Under the pieces are notes generated by a model. It worked only from the letters and a program-made list of their open reading frames with translations. It searched no databases and was not told the DNA's origin. From positions 1 to 64,000 of the forward strand of contig OZ025661.1 of the NCBI GenBank assembly GCA_964019335.1: a DNA stretch of 64,000 nt. The letters are read 5' to 3'. Below, one piece after another: positions 9,366-20,667 of this stretch (position 1 is its first letter; each line of letters begins with the position of its first letter). Both the position numbers and the translations under genes were made by a program. The stretch is from Diplonema japonicum. Its lineage: Eukaryota; Protista; Euglenozoa: Diplonemea.

Positions 9366-9749
9366 CTAAATAGAAAAGTTGAAACTGACAAGGCCTTGCC
9401 AAAAGTGGGTAAATTAAGAGGAAAAAGGAACTGAGCCGAGGCAAAAGTTGGCCAGTTGAGCTGAACCTGGAAATGTCTTTCAAGTATTTCACACGTTCTG
9501 TAGATACTCCTTGCACTTCCCGTGCTCCCTCACGTGGACCACCCAAAGAGCTCCAGTCAGCATTCTCCTGGCGTTGTTCTGTATGCCACGCCTTAGTTGT
9601 CTTCCATATCATGAGCAGCAGGGGTTCAAAACTTTGGAAAGTCTTAGTTCTTTTTCCAGCAAATCCAGTGGTTATTTTATTTCACAGGACGGTACCTAGT
9701 AACTTTGAACACATTGCAAACACTTAACTCTTATCAATCTTCAACTTTA

Positions 9750-10130
9750 AAATGCAACAGGGAACTTTGACTAACTGGGTTGGCAAGCGTACTGACAACT
9801 CCAGCCACCTTACCCCCAGACAAGTGCAAGAGATCAATGCCCCGCACACTGCAAAAAAGGCCAAGCCTGCCCTTGGGAAACCCAAGCTCTCAGACCGAAA
9901 AAGCCAGAATTGGCGAGTACGCTGAGACCTACGGGACAACAGCAGCACAAGTCTAGTACCGAGCAGAAACAAGTGCTTTGGTATCGACCTCCAGCATATC
10001 GGACTGGAAAGATCAGTATGCTAACAGAAAACCTGATTCCCCCGTCTGCTGTTGGTCGTCCACCTCTTTTTAAACAGGAAGAAAAAACAAGCCTCTTCAC
10101 CTGGATCGAAAGGCAGAACGTAGCGATTTC
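9750..10130 (+). pseudogene. Degenerate DNA-transposase N-terminal HTH (pogo/CENP-B-like)
   Basis: Frameshifted fragments KARIGEYAETYGTTAA..SISDWKDQY..GRPPLF..E..LFTWIE. Confidence 0.45.
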
Positions 10131-10555
10131 GCAGGGGGTCTGCTCCGGTCCACTGTGCTACGGTGGAGTTTAGGGCTCCTTCTCTTCGTCCTTAGCGAAT
10201 ACTGTGTGCAACCCATGGTTACACGAGTAGGCATTCAACGACACTGATCAAGCGACTGCTCATTTCCTCTTGTTTAGTTCTGCGGTTCCTCCTGCTCCAC
10301 CACGAACTGCTTCACGTTCCCCACGAACTTCAGGAGACACGTGCTCTCACTGACCGCCCCAAGGGAAAGCAACATGTACGCAAGTGCGCGTGTCATTGTG
10401 TGTTGTGTGAATCTGTATTTTTTGTTTTGTTTTGTTTTGTTTTGTTTTGTTTAGAAAAGACTCTCTTGCGTAGCATAATCTGGTAAACGAAAAAGTAAAA
10501 AAGGGGGGTAGATTTGCATTCTCTTTCCGATTCCAATTTGGGTTCGTCACTTTAA

Positions 10556-10917
10556 AATTTTATCTGATAGTTCAGAAATTTCTTCACTCCTAACCCCCCC
10601 TATAATCTGATTACCCCCCTCTCATAATTTGATAATCCGGGCTATAATTTGATAGCTCAATTATGGGCAGGACTTAGGTGTTTATGGCCCGTGGCTGCCA
10701 AATTATGGGGGGGGAACGTGACATTATTGGGGGCAGAGTGAAATTTTTTTTAACAGGGTTGTCTGGGGACTAAAAATGTGTAGGGTCACCGCACTTCTGC
10801 CTAAATCAACTGAAAATAGGCCGTTTTTCATAATTTGATAGCTATTATTGACAGTTGATAGCTCATAATTTCTCGGTCACTCGGAGTGACTCAATTTCTG
10901 AACTATCAGATAAAATT
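10556..10917. mobile_element. MITE-like element, 362 bp
   Basis: Perfect 25-bp terminal inverted repeats AATTTTATCTGATAGTTCAGAAATT (10556-10580 / 10893-10917). Internal ATAATTTGATA repeats and no ORF. Confidence 0.75.
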
Positions 10918-11358
10918 ACTTACTTTGCGCCAAAATATGGCCATCCCATTACTCTCGAACCGTTTTTTTTGACCTCGGGCCCTGCGGGCCCTCGGCCAAA
11001 AAACCCATGATTCTCGAGTAAATTATGGCCATAATTTGTTGCAAATAAATAGCTATAAAAATTAGAAGTTGAAATTTGCTTTTCAAGGGTTCCAGGGATT
11101 TTAGCCAAAATTCCTTCATCATCTGCTTTTTCCGTCTCCTATAGTTTGCTTTGTCTGGCGTGTTAGGAACGGTTTGCCAATTGCGCTTGTCTTTGCTCCG
11201 CACTTGTCGCAGGACAGTAGACTCGGTGGTGGGTTGTCGTATACCTCCGCGTGACCGCCACTCCCTCTTTGCGTCTTTCTTGCCTCATCTGCTCATAATT
11301 TTCAACTTCAAGGTTGTTTAAGTTAGCAGTCACTAAATAGAAATTGTACTAACAGATA

Positions 11359-12810
11359 CTAAGGAAGAAACAGAACGAAGTTTGTTTTATGGAACGTTCT
11401 ACCACTACTATGCCATAGGTATGAAACAAGAGTTGTCCATGGAAGATGCTTTCTTTTGAATAGATTCGAATTTCTTTTTATTCAGCTTGATCGATTTTAT
11501 TGTGCCGATGAGCCCCGTGCCGTCGAGGTCTACGTGCAGGTAGTAAGACATTTACGAACATACCTTTCGGAAGGTGAGTGAGTAGGTGAAAACAAGCATC
11601 GAAAGAAGCTTCTGCAAGCTCTTTATGAAAGTGTAAAAGTAAACCTGGGGTGTAACATAACGATTATTGATTAATTGAATGTACCTATCGCACTCTTAAA
11701 CAGCCAAGAGGGGTGCAGCAGAAACAGATCCCAAATATTGCAAGCAACATCAATCGGAAGGCTTTTGCTGAATATCGTAATAAACCTAGCAAGTGGCTCA
11801 TTGTTGAAATAAGTGCCATACCAATCGTAAACGTAAAATTGTGGGTGCAGCCCGATTGCGGAGAAGTGCCCGTACAAAGAAGGCAACACCTCACAGAAGG
11901 TCAAATCATACACGCGAAGGGAGATGCCAATCTCCTGCGGGATGACTCTGAAAAAGGACAATAGATGGCTGTGGTGCAGCAGGTTGGCCAGCGACACAAA
12001 CACGTCTTCGGGGTTCATGTGCAGCAACATCATCGCAACGATGTACGACATGCCCTGCACGTACCCCACATCAGGGCGATACTGCACGTAGGCCTGCAAG
12101 ATCGACGCCATCGCGTCTCGCAGTGGCCCTTCTTGGAAGAACTGGAAGCTGGGAAAAGTCCGCGGCAAGTCAATATCGATGCTCTCCAACGCCGCCTGCT
12201 CAGCTTCGGCCTCCTCCGTGATGCTCCTGTTCTTATCTTTCAGCGCCTCCCGTGCAGCGGCTCCCCGTATGCGGAAAATATTATACAAGTCGGGAGTAAT
12301 TTGCAGCTTGTTCCCTATCGCCCTCTGCCACAACGCCGCACGCACCTTCTCAGGAACACCCTCCATCCACAACTTCCGTGCGCGCTTTGATCCATTTGCT
12401 CCTTCCCAGTTTGGGAAGATATCTTGCTCCCACACAGTAATCTGCCTGCAGGTGTTCTTCTCTTGTTCTTCTTCTTCTCTTCTTCGTCTCCTTTCACTTT
12501 CAGCGGCCTTTTTCGCCCCTGCATTCAGTGCCGCTATCTGTTTGGCGTGCAGCAATGCTTCATTGCGCGACTTAGGCGGCAGTCCTGAAGGCCGCCCCGT
12601 AAGGCCGTTCAGCAGATCTGCTGGCGTAGTTGCCATGCTTATGCTTGGGGGCGCTGTGGACAGCTTTAAATTAGGCTTGAAGATCCCTTTTACTTTTTTC
12701 ATGACCTTCTTGGCGCCATTCTCCCTACTTCCTTCGGACCTTGTCGGCGAGCACACTTCATGTTCTTCGGTGTCCGGACCTGTGGTCCCGCTCCCTGCTG
12801 ACTCTAGCAT
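11359..12810 (-). CDS. TBC-domain Rab GAP (TBC1D12/14-like), 3 introns
   Basis: IDIDLPRT and GYVQGM motifs. Introns 11786-11821, 11645-11684 and 11530-11563 restore the C-terminus; the 3' end is approximate. Confidence 0.9.
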
Positions 12811-12972
12811 AGTTGCAAGGTTGCTGCTGTATGCATATTTTTTGTGTCCTGAGGGGAAAATAGTGTTATTTAGATAGCAAGCAGCAGTTCAAAGCAGTAG
12901 TAGTGCATAATGTAAATTAGTTAACCATAAAATATAAAGCAAGGTGCAAATACAACCTTGCTTACTAGCCTT

Positions 12973-13833
12973 CTAGGCTTGCTTATTTTGGCACTGCTGG
13001 AGACATTTTATTTTTAAGCCCGTCTGCTCCTGCAGCAGCATCTCATCCCTTTTTCTCTCCATGCATACAGCACGCTTTTGCTCCAACAGCTGTTTCGTGG
13101 CTAAAAAATGTACAATGGGCACCTGCGTGACACCGCAGAGGTCATGGAACGACACATGCACGAAGCACTCGCGGAAGCGGGTACGTGACTGGTCGCAGTC
13201 GCCCGTGGCAGGCGGTTGGGGTGCGTTCTGCTCCATCTTTGATGATGACTAAGGTGGAGCGATATATGCATACCAATGCCTCATCTGCTACGTCGGATGG
13301 TTGCAACAACGGGTTGTTGTGGATGAACAGCTTCTGGAGCTCTCTCATTTCGAGCACGCCACTGGGGTACGCTCGGATGTGGTTCGTATCCGCTTGCAAT
13401 TCTTGCAATTTTTTTAAGTTCCATATTTCATGGGGCAACTCCTGTGCGGCAGTGCAACATCACTAAAGCATACCGTCAATCGATTGTTGTTAACATGCAG
13501 CCTCTCCAAGTGCCGCAACTTTCCAATGTCTGCAGGAAGACTCTGCAGGTTGTTGTACGCAAGATTCAGCCACGTAAGATTTGTGAGGTTCCCTATTGCG
13601 GCAGGCACGCTGCTCAGCTGATAGCAGTTGTCAACGTGCAAAATAGTCAGCTTAGGCTTTAAAATCTTGATGTCTTCAGGAAAGTGCTTCAAGTCATGGT
13701 TGTGGCAAAAGTGAAAAGAGGTGTCGCCCCTTTCTAGCGCATCCTGTGAAAGTCGGAAACGTGGGAATCATACCTGTATCTCTTCGCACAACTGGTCCTC
13801 CACCATCTCCTCTTCTGTGAGGACGCCATACAT
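12973..13833 (-). CDS. Leucine-rich repeat protein, 3 introns
   Basis: LRRs (LxxLPxxIGxLxxL). Introns 13744-13773, 13442-13473 and 13249-13273 join the ORF pieces in frame. Confidence 0.85.
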
Positions 13834-13860
13834 TTCTGAATAGCTAATGTCTTGAATGAG

Positions 13861-16800
13861 TCATAGAAAACCGAAGACTAGAAACAAAAAGCCAGCTGAT
13901 CTAAACGAAACTACTTGTACTTTACAATGTGATGATCTGGTTATGTTGTTCATAAGGGAGTCAGGGCACACCTTTGATAACCGTCCTTTAACATCGTCAC
14001 TGCACAAGAAGGGCACAGGCGAGTCCTTCAGCGCGGCAACGATGTCATTCCGCACCTGCGACCTGCCCATTGGCTGCAGCAGTCCCATGACTGTCGCGTG
14101 AAGCTGTTGTGATAGCTGAGGTTTGCTTTTGCATACTTGTGTAAGAGATATCTTTTCTACAATGGCTGGCGTCATGAGGCACACGAGGGTGATGTAGTTG
14201 TAAATATCTACAGAGCCCTTGCCAAGTGCTCCGCTCCGCAAAGCACGTAGCTGCAAGTTAGTCACATTCAGAACCTGAGAAAGACGTTGAATTTTGCCTT
14301 CACATACCTTCAGGCCACATATCTCCAGTACCAGATGCTCAGCCTTCCTCATATCTTCCTCAGTGGCACCGATGCTAGAAAGGATGTTTTCAAGATCGTC
14401 TTTTTTGCTCTCACTCTTGCTGACAACGCTTTCTTCTTCCCCCTCAATCTCTTCTTCTTCTTCTTCTTCTTCCTCGTCTTCTTCTTCCTCATCTTCTTCC
14501 TCCTCCTCTTCTCCTTCGTCCTCGCTGCTCTTTTCGGTATCACTAGCGGAACTTAACTGTGGTGAACATGAATACTCTGCACAACGCATACCTCGTCCAG
14601 CTCCAGACTACATGAGGAGCTGCCTTCGTCGTCCGAAAGGTCGAAGTAGTGATCTTCAATCACTTTGTGTGCCATAAACAGGCAGCTGGTTGCAATTAAA
14701 GGACTGTGCAATGGCCGTGGCATGCCTGCGACCTTGACAAAGGTATCAAACAGATAAATGCCGACCAAGTAATGGCTGACGTCTAGTTGTTTGTAGCATT
14801 GTGCAAACAAGCGCAGTACCTCCGTGAGGCACGCGGTTCGCTGGCGAAGGGTTTCTCCATTGAGCAAAGGCGAGCTGTCGACAGGAAGGGGATGCACATA
14901 AGCATCAGCTTTATGCATGAGGCACAATTGCTTATCGTCCTCTGCTGGTGTGTCGACAGTAACAGTGTCGAAGAAAGAGTGTTGCTTGGCTGCAGAATGG
15001 AGTATCCGCTTTGCAGGGTTGCAGATTAGCATCTCGCTCAGCAGGTCTGCCAATGCTTCCCACTCGGGATCTTCTTCATCTCCAACGATCTCTTTCCTCA
15101 TCGTATGCTGCGGTTTTCTAGGCACCTTAGACAGCATGTCTGTCATTTGAAGGTACTTGGGAAGCTCTTCGAAGCCTGGCCAGTCGTTTTCAGTTGGCAC
15201 ACCCAGCTCGGTGAATACCATCTCCAGAAGGTTATCATCGTTGTGTGAGGAGTCATCAGTGTCGAAGAGAGGACCTCTCACCACAAGGAAAAACACTACC
15301 AGTGCAACGGACCAAATGTCACAAGCGAAGGTGTATGTGTCGCAACCCATTGATATCTCGGGTGGGCGGTAGTCCAGTGTGAAGATGTGTCGATGCCACA
15401 TAACTGGTGCGAACAGCCGTGCTTGTCCGAAGTCCGCAAGCTTGATAAGCTCAGTCTTGTCGTCCCACAGGATATTAGCGGGTTTCCAGTCTCTGTGGAC
15501 GATGTTCTCGGAATCAAGGAACTCGCATACTGTCAGCAGCTGGTAGAAAATTCTCCTGATTTTAAACAAGTTCCTGTTGAACTTAATGTCGTGCAGCGTG
15601 CGGGGGTGACTATCCATAACAAGGAAGACGTCTCTAAGATTGACTGCTAATCCATGTAGACACACAACATAGGGGTGGCCTCGCAGCTTTGTGAGGGTGC
15701 TGATCTCTCTGAGTACGTCTTGGCTTATCGTCTTACTTTTTAAAAGGAAGCGTTTAACTGCCAAAGGTGTGCGAGAGCTGTTGTTTGCCACGTAGCATTT
15801 ATAGACCTTGCCGTGCACCCCTTCTCCTAGTATCTTACAATACCTAAAGTTTGTGAAGCTGAAAGACTCTGATGACTTCGTGACTGGCTGCCCGTTCACG
15901 ATGTCATTTGTACCCTGCGTGTAGATCCCATAGTACACGTCTGCTAGTGCATAGATGATGGCAGTTGTTGCACTCAGCACTGTGAGGCGACCCCTCCCTG
16001 ATGAAACGAGGGTCTTGATGCTACTGTATATTTCGTCAAGCTGCCTGTCCATGAACCTGTCACTCACGTCATGTATAGTGAAGCAAGGACTTTCGTCAGG
16101 GTATCCACTTGGTACGAACACCTCAATGCCTGCCTTCTTTCCTGGGCGCAACCCTTTAACTTCAATATCCATCCAGTACCTATCCTCCCCCTCTTCCCTC
16201 AATGGAAGATACGACTTGAGGATGGTCAACTCATCTTGTAATGAATTTATAGCCCGTGGACAAGGTTCACCGGTGGGCATGTCCTGTGCAGATTTATGGA
16301 TCGTGCAAAACTTGATTCGAATAACGAGTTACTTTTTCTCCACGCTTAACAATGGATTCACTTGAAATATGAGAGACAGTACCTCCCGAGCATCTGATGT
16401 TGTAAAACCATCATACGCGTCACTGTCGTCGTCTTGGTCGTGGTCCATCGCTTTGATGGTGTAGTAGTAAAGCCCAGCGCTGTCGAGGTCTTCCCTCACA
16501 TCCGCATCCCACACCGAAGCATAGCCGTCCCTTAAGAGCATCGACCAGGCCTGGGAGGGCGTTGGGTGGTTGGCATCCTTGACGACGTATTTAGATTCAG
16601 ATTTGCTTTCAGTATCGCTGCCCAAGGCGTCACTTTGAACAATACGTGTGACCCGTCTGCAAGGCAACATGGTGTCAGGCAAGAGCTCTGCCAGCTCGCT
16701 GAACACCTGAGATGTGCATGTCACCAAGAACATCTCAGGAAGTGCTTTCGTTATCTTCATAGGGTGTGTGCCCCTCGGGTACAGCAGGTCCCAGTCCCAG

Positions 16801-17138
16801 TTCATCGCAATGGTCATCCCATCCTTGCTCAGTGTCATGCTCAGCGGGCTAATGAACTTATCGTTCTCGTCACTGACACGTACACCTGCCAGCAGCAGCC
16901 TACTATCCGACAGCAGCCCTGAGAAATTGTACTGCACACCCTCGCCTGTCCATGAACAGCTAACTCTGTCCTCGCATTGTTCAAACCTCACATTGTAGTA
17001 GACATTGTCCTTGAAGTGCCACAATCCCCACCACCCTTCCCATTGCTTCGTAGGCAGAGAGCTCTTATAATTATCAAACTCTCTATCGTTGTCAATTAGT
17101 GTTCCGTGCTGCTCCTCCAGCAGTTGGGCCAAACTCAT
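13861..17138 (-). CDS. RWD-like + CDK-like kinase + cyclin-box fusion protein
   Basis: VPSGYPDESP (RWD-like); GEGVHG, AVK, HRDWKPAN, DFG, TLDYRPPE (CDK-like); LFDTF..IATSCLFMAHK (cyclin box). Intron 14557-14591 links to the acidic C-terminal ORF. The link to ORF 16329-17138 (same frame, GT-AG sites at 16284-16382) is less certain. Confidence 0.75.
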
Positions 17139-17196
17139 CTTGCCAGCCTGTGTGACCTCAGTGGAATAAATTAATTTATATCAGAAGAGAGGGCCT

Positions 17197-18165
17197 TTAG
17201 TTGCGTATTCCTTCTAAGAAGCGCCTGACAGCACGCTGTAAGACAACTGAGGCATTGATGTGTACCTGGGTGTACGACTCAGTACGCTGCAGGGTGTGCA
17301 CCTCGTTGCACGCAGCTGTGACATAGGCTGCTACCGACAGGCCCTCAAGTCTTGAGTTGCCTGACAGCTCTGGGGTGAAGCAGGGGAGGGCCACACAGGG
17401 TAGCGTTCTCAATGTTTTTGGCGGTACTGGCTTCCGAAATCTGCTGGTGTGTAATGGCGTTAGACTGTAAAGTTCTTGCAGCACAGCGGCATTGTATTGA
17501 CCGTTGGTCTGCCACGGCACTTCTTCGTTTTGATCGCTCTGCCTATTCAGAGCAAAAATGGTGTCATCTAACGACACTGCAACCACAGGAGCGCTCTCAG
17601 AGCATTCGATTTCACCGACACGAACAGGGACCTTCCCTGCTACTATCTGCTGCTTCACACTGCAAGACTCCAACTTGTTCAACACATGCATCAACCTCTT
17701 TTCCAAAATGTCCTTCTTGCTACTATCACTGCACAACGCCTTTAATGTGTGCAACATGTTCCAACAGGCTGCTGCTGCAAGCGATCGATCCCCTTCGCTT
17801 TCTGCCTTCTCTAGTCCAATGCAGCTGTATTCATACGCACCTTTCATGTCCTCCGCGTCCATGCATGCTGCCGACATGTTCACGTAGATCTTCGCGTCGT
17901 TTGACATTTGGTTGTTGTCACGTGTTTTTATCTTTCTCACAGCAATGCCCAATTCCCTAATAGCAGCGTGTTTGAGACCCGTGTCGGATATCTTCTCGAC
18001 AAGCAGCAGTGCCTCCGACAACCACAGTGCACCATCGTCACCACCGAGGTCTGCTGCTCTGCAATGCTGCGTGATGACCTCCTTCAAGATATGGTATTTG
18101 TGCGATGCACTTCCTACTGCGAGTAATAACTCAAGGTCGGCTAGGCGCTTCCTGACTCCTTCCAT
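17197..18165 (-). CDS. Hypothetical protein (helical, TPR-like middle)
   Basis: Long ORF co-oriented with its neighbours; ATG at 18165. Confidence 0.6.
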   Translation of the reverse strand: MEGVRKRLADLELLLAVGSASHKYHILKEVITQHCRAADLGGDDGALWLSEALLLVEKISDTGLKHAAIRELGIAVRKIKTRDNNQMSNDAKIYVNMSAACMDAEDMKGAYEYSCIGLEKAESEGDRSLAAAACWNMLHTLKALCSDSSKKDILEKRLMHVLNKLESCSVKQQIVAGKVPVRVGEIECSESAPVVAVSLDDTIFALNRQSDQNEEVPWQTNGQYNAAVLQELYSLTPLHTSRFRKPVPPKTLRTLPCVALPCFTPELSGNSRLEGLSVAAYVTAACNEVHTLQRTESYTQVHINASVVLQRAVRRFLEGIRN

Positions 18166-18223
18166 AGCATCATAGTGTAACCTATGGTGCCGTTTGTGTT
18201 TACAACTGTGTCGGTTGTGAATA

Positions 18224-19108
18224 TTAATTGAAGAGAGCTCTATAAGTCTCCCGCGGGTTCTTTGTTTCCCGCTCAGTGAGAAATGATGGTGGGTCCATGG
18301 CTGAATCTTCCATGAGCTCTTGCCGTCTCTCCTCTTCCTCGTGCGCACGTTGCCTTTTCAAAAGCTCCAACGTTTCGAAGGTCGAAAGTGCCTTCACACA
18401 CCGCCTGTCAGGTGCCGCAGTCTTGTTCGGGACCACGTGGATGTTGCGTTTCAAGATCTTTGCTTGCTGCGCCCTGTGATGGTTATTTAGGCAACTTGCA
18501 TACCTGTCTCCCTGAGGCAGTGCCGTGACGCTTAAGGTGTCTAGAGCTGCTAATATCTTATTTGCGGTTTCTTTGTCGCCGCTCCTGTTGCATTATGAAA
18601 AATATACATGACAATACCTCAAGTAAACTTCCATTTGCACCAGCATGGGCGCTCTGTTGTCCGCCACGTTGTCTCGCGTAACGCTCCAAGGTGCTAGCAT
18701 TTTCTCCGCAGCTTTAAGCTGCTCTTCAGTAGGCATCTCTGGTTTCCTTGATTCAGTTACTTCACTCCGTTTTGTTTCTGTTTTTACTTCGCTCGCCGTA
18801 CCCCCAAGAGGATCTCCTGCGGGCACGCAGATCCTTACTTCTTTCTTAGGCTCCGCTTTGACCTCTTTCTCTACTTCAGTATTTTCATTCAGCTTAATAT
18901 TCCCGATTTTCATTGGCAAACCGCCAAGCAGCATGGCCTCTTCCTTGCTTTTGATGTCTTCTAGCCTAGCCTTGTACCCCGCGATCCTCTTGTGTATTCT
19001 CTCACCTTTGTCACGTAACCTGTTGATGAGCGCTTCATCCGCGAGAAGTGACTCAGCCCCTTGCAAATCATTCTCCACTTCCCGCTTCTCCCTTAGGAGT
19101 GTTTCCAT
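18224..19108 (-). CDS. Hypothetical coiled-coil protein with weak GRINL1A/Gdown1-like N-terminal motif, 2 introns
   Basis: LINRLRDKGERI motif. Introns 18585-18617 and 18474-18503 join the ORFs. Confidence 0.55.
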
Positions 19109-19180
19109 GATGCCTGTGGTGTGTTGCATAACGAATGTGTTGGTTTAAATAAGTGTACTGCTTCTTTCCCTCTCCTATAT

Positions 19181-19870
19181 TTAATTATCATCCGTTTTTT
19201 CATCAAGCTTTTCTTTGAGTTCAATCGTTTCGGAGATAGGTTCTCGCTTCTCCAGCGGCGCAGCCCCAGGGTCGTCGCTGCCACGCGGGCCGTTCAGGAC
19301 GTGCATGCAGTAGATGTTAAAGAAGAAACCACCCAAGCGTGTAAAGGCCACCCTGTGTCTCAGAGGGACCAAAGTGAATGTAAGCGTGTCCATTGTTAGC
19401 CACAAGGGCAACCCGACCACGAACATCTCCTTGAACTTAACGGGCCACTCTTTGCAGAAGTTGCTGAGGTTCCCATCTCTCATGCCCATGTTCATGATGA
19501 TACCGCATGTGTAAATGCACGGCGTCACCACAAAGTTATCAAGCATCACCTGTTGCCACCAAGGCATCCCGTACTGCAGCAGAGCGAAGTACCCATACTC
19601 TACTGGCCCATAGACGGAGCCAATCACTAATATCCTTCCTAATCTGAACCAGTCCCAGTCTTGCTCAGCTAATTCTAGCTCTTCACCTTCCTCGGCCTCT
19701 TCGAGCTTCTTTTTATTCTGTATGCTGTTTGCTGCCATCTCGCCCGACTGCGACAGCAGATCTGAGATGCCTGCCGTGATCGACACCACAACAGAAGCCT
19801 CGATGATGGCACCGTGCACACCCGACATTAGCCATTTGAAGCCACCACCGGTGAAGATAAATGGATGCAT
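19181..19870 (-). CDS. Mpv17/PMP22 family membrane protein
   Basis: SDLLSQ..DWFRLGR..LDNFVVTP..FTLVPLRHRV pattern. Confidence 0.8.
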   Translation of the reverse strand: MHPFIFTGGGFKWLMSGVHGAIIEASVVVSITAGISDLLSQSGEMAANSIQNKKKLEEAEEGEELELAEQDWDWFRLGRILVIGSVYGPVEYGYFALLQYGMPWWQQVMLDNFVVTPCIYTCGIIMNMGMRDGNLSNFCKEWPVKFKEMFVVGLPLWLTMDTLTFTLVPLRHRVAFTRLGGFFFNIYCMHVLNGPRGSDDPGAAPLEKREPISETIELKEKLDEKTDDN

Positions 19871-20051
19871 TGTGTAACTGTAAGGAAATGATGAAAGAAA
19901 CATCAAAAAGGCACAAAAAGACGAACTTCAAAAAAAGGAACGCAAGCAGGCAAATATAAAAGGCCGAGTGTAAGCAGTACATTTACTGATGGTAATACAG
20001 CAATACTAAACAAAAAAAAATTGACAAACTGGCAAACAGGATTCCACGATC

Positions 20052-20582
20052 TCACAGAACGATCTTCCTTTCTTGTAGAGGTCGCAGCTTAGGGCGCATG
20101 AGTTGAGAAGGGTTGCTCAATTGACTGTTTTCGATGATAGCAAGTGTGTGGTCAGGAACGTGTTCCATTTTGGGGAGCTTGGGTCTTTGCAACTTGTGAT
20201 CTCTGCGCCTAGGGACGTTGTGTGTTTCTCCAACCTTCAAAAGGGAAGCATTACAGCACGTATGCTTCTTGAGCACCTCATTGTACAGCTTCCTCTGTTT
20301 GGTTGCCTTTTGCGCAGCAAGGTGGACCTCTTGAAACAGCAGTTTATCACTACATCGGGGGATGGGGTCTAACCATGGCCTATAACCTAGCAGATTGGGG
20401 CGCAGCCGAGCCTCCGAAGACCTGTCGTGCTCAATGTCGTCGCTTGATTCTTGCTGATGACCACATGCCTTTTTGAACACCCCTATCCGTGCGTTGTCTG
20501 GCATGGGTCGCTTCAACCAAGCACTGCTGTACCCCACCGCTTGCACAGGACATCCAGTAAGCTCATCTTCCGGGATTAGCAT
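20052..20582 (-). CDS. Hypothetical protein
   Basis: 176-aa ATG ORF co-oriented with the array. Confidence 0.5.
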   Translation of the reverse strand: MLIPEDELTGCPVQAVGYSSAWLKRPMPDNARIGVFKKACGHQQESSDDIEHDRSSEARLRPNLLGYRPWLDPIPRCSDKLLFQEVHLAAQKATKQRKLYNEVLKKHTCCNASLLKVGETHNVPRRRDHKLQRPKLPKMEHVPDHTLAIIENSQLSNPSQLMRPKLRPLQERKIVL

Positions 20583-20667
20583 ACCATTAGAAGTGATGCC
20601 TAGTTAAGTGGAGTGCCGAATTATACTCATCAATGAAAGAAAACCAGAGAGCAAGTACTAAAACGGC

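Noticed and set aside
16281-16382. Stop-codon readthrough or alternative genetic code between two in-frame ORFs
   Set aside because: GT-AG intron(s) of 3n total length can remove the TAA, and other genes end at standard stops.
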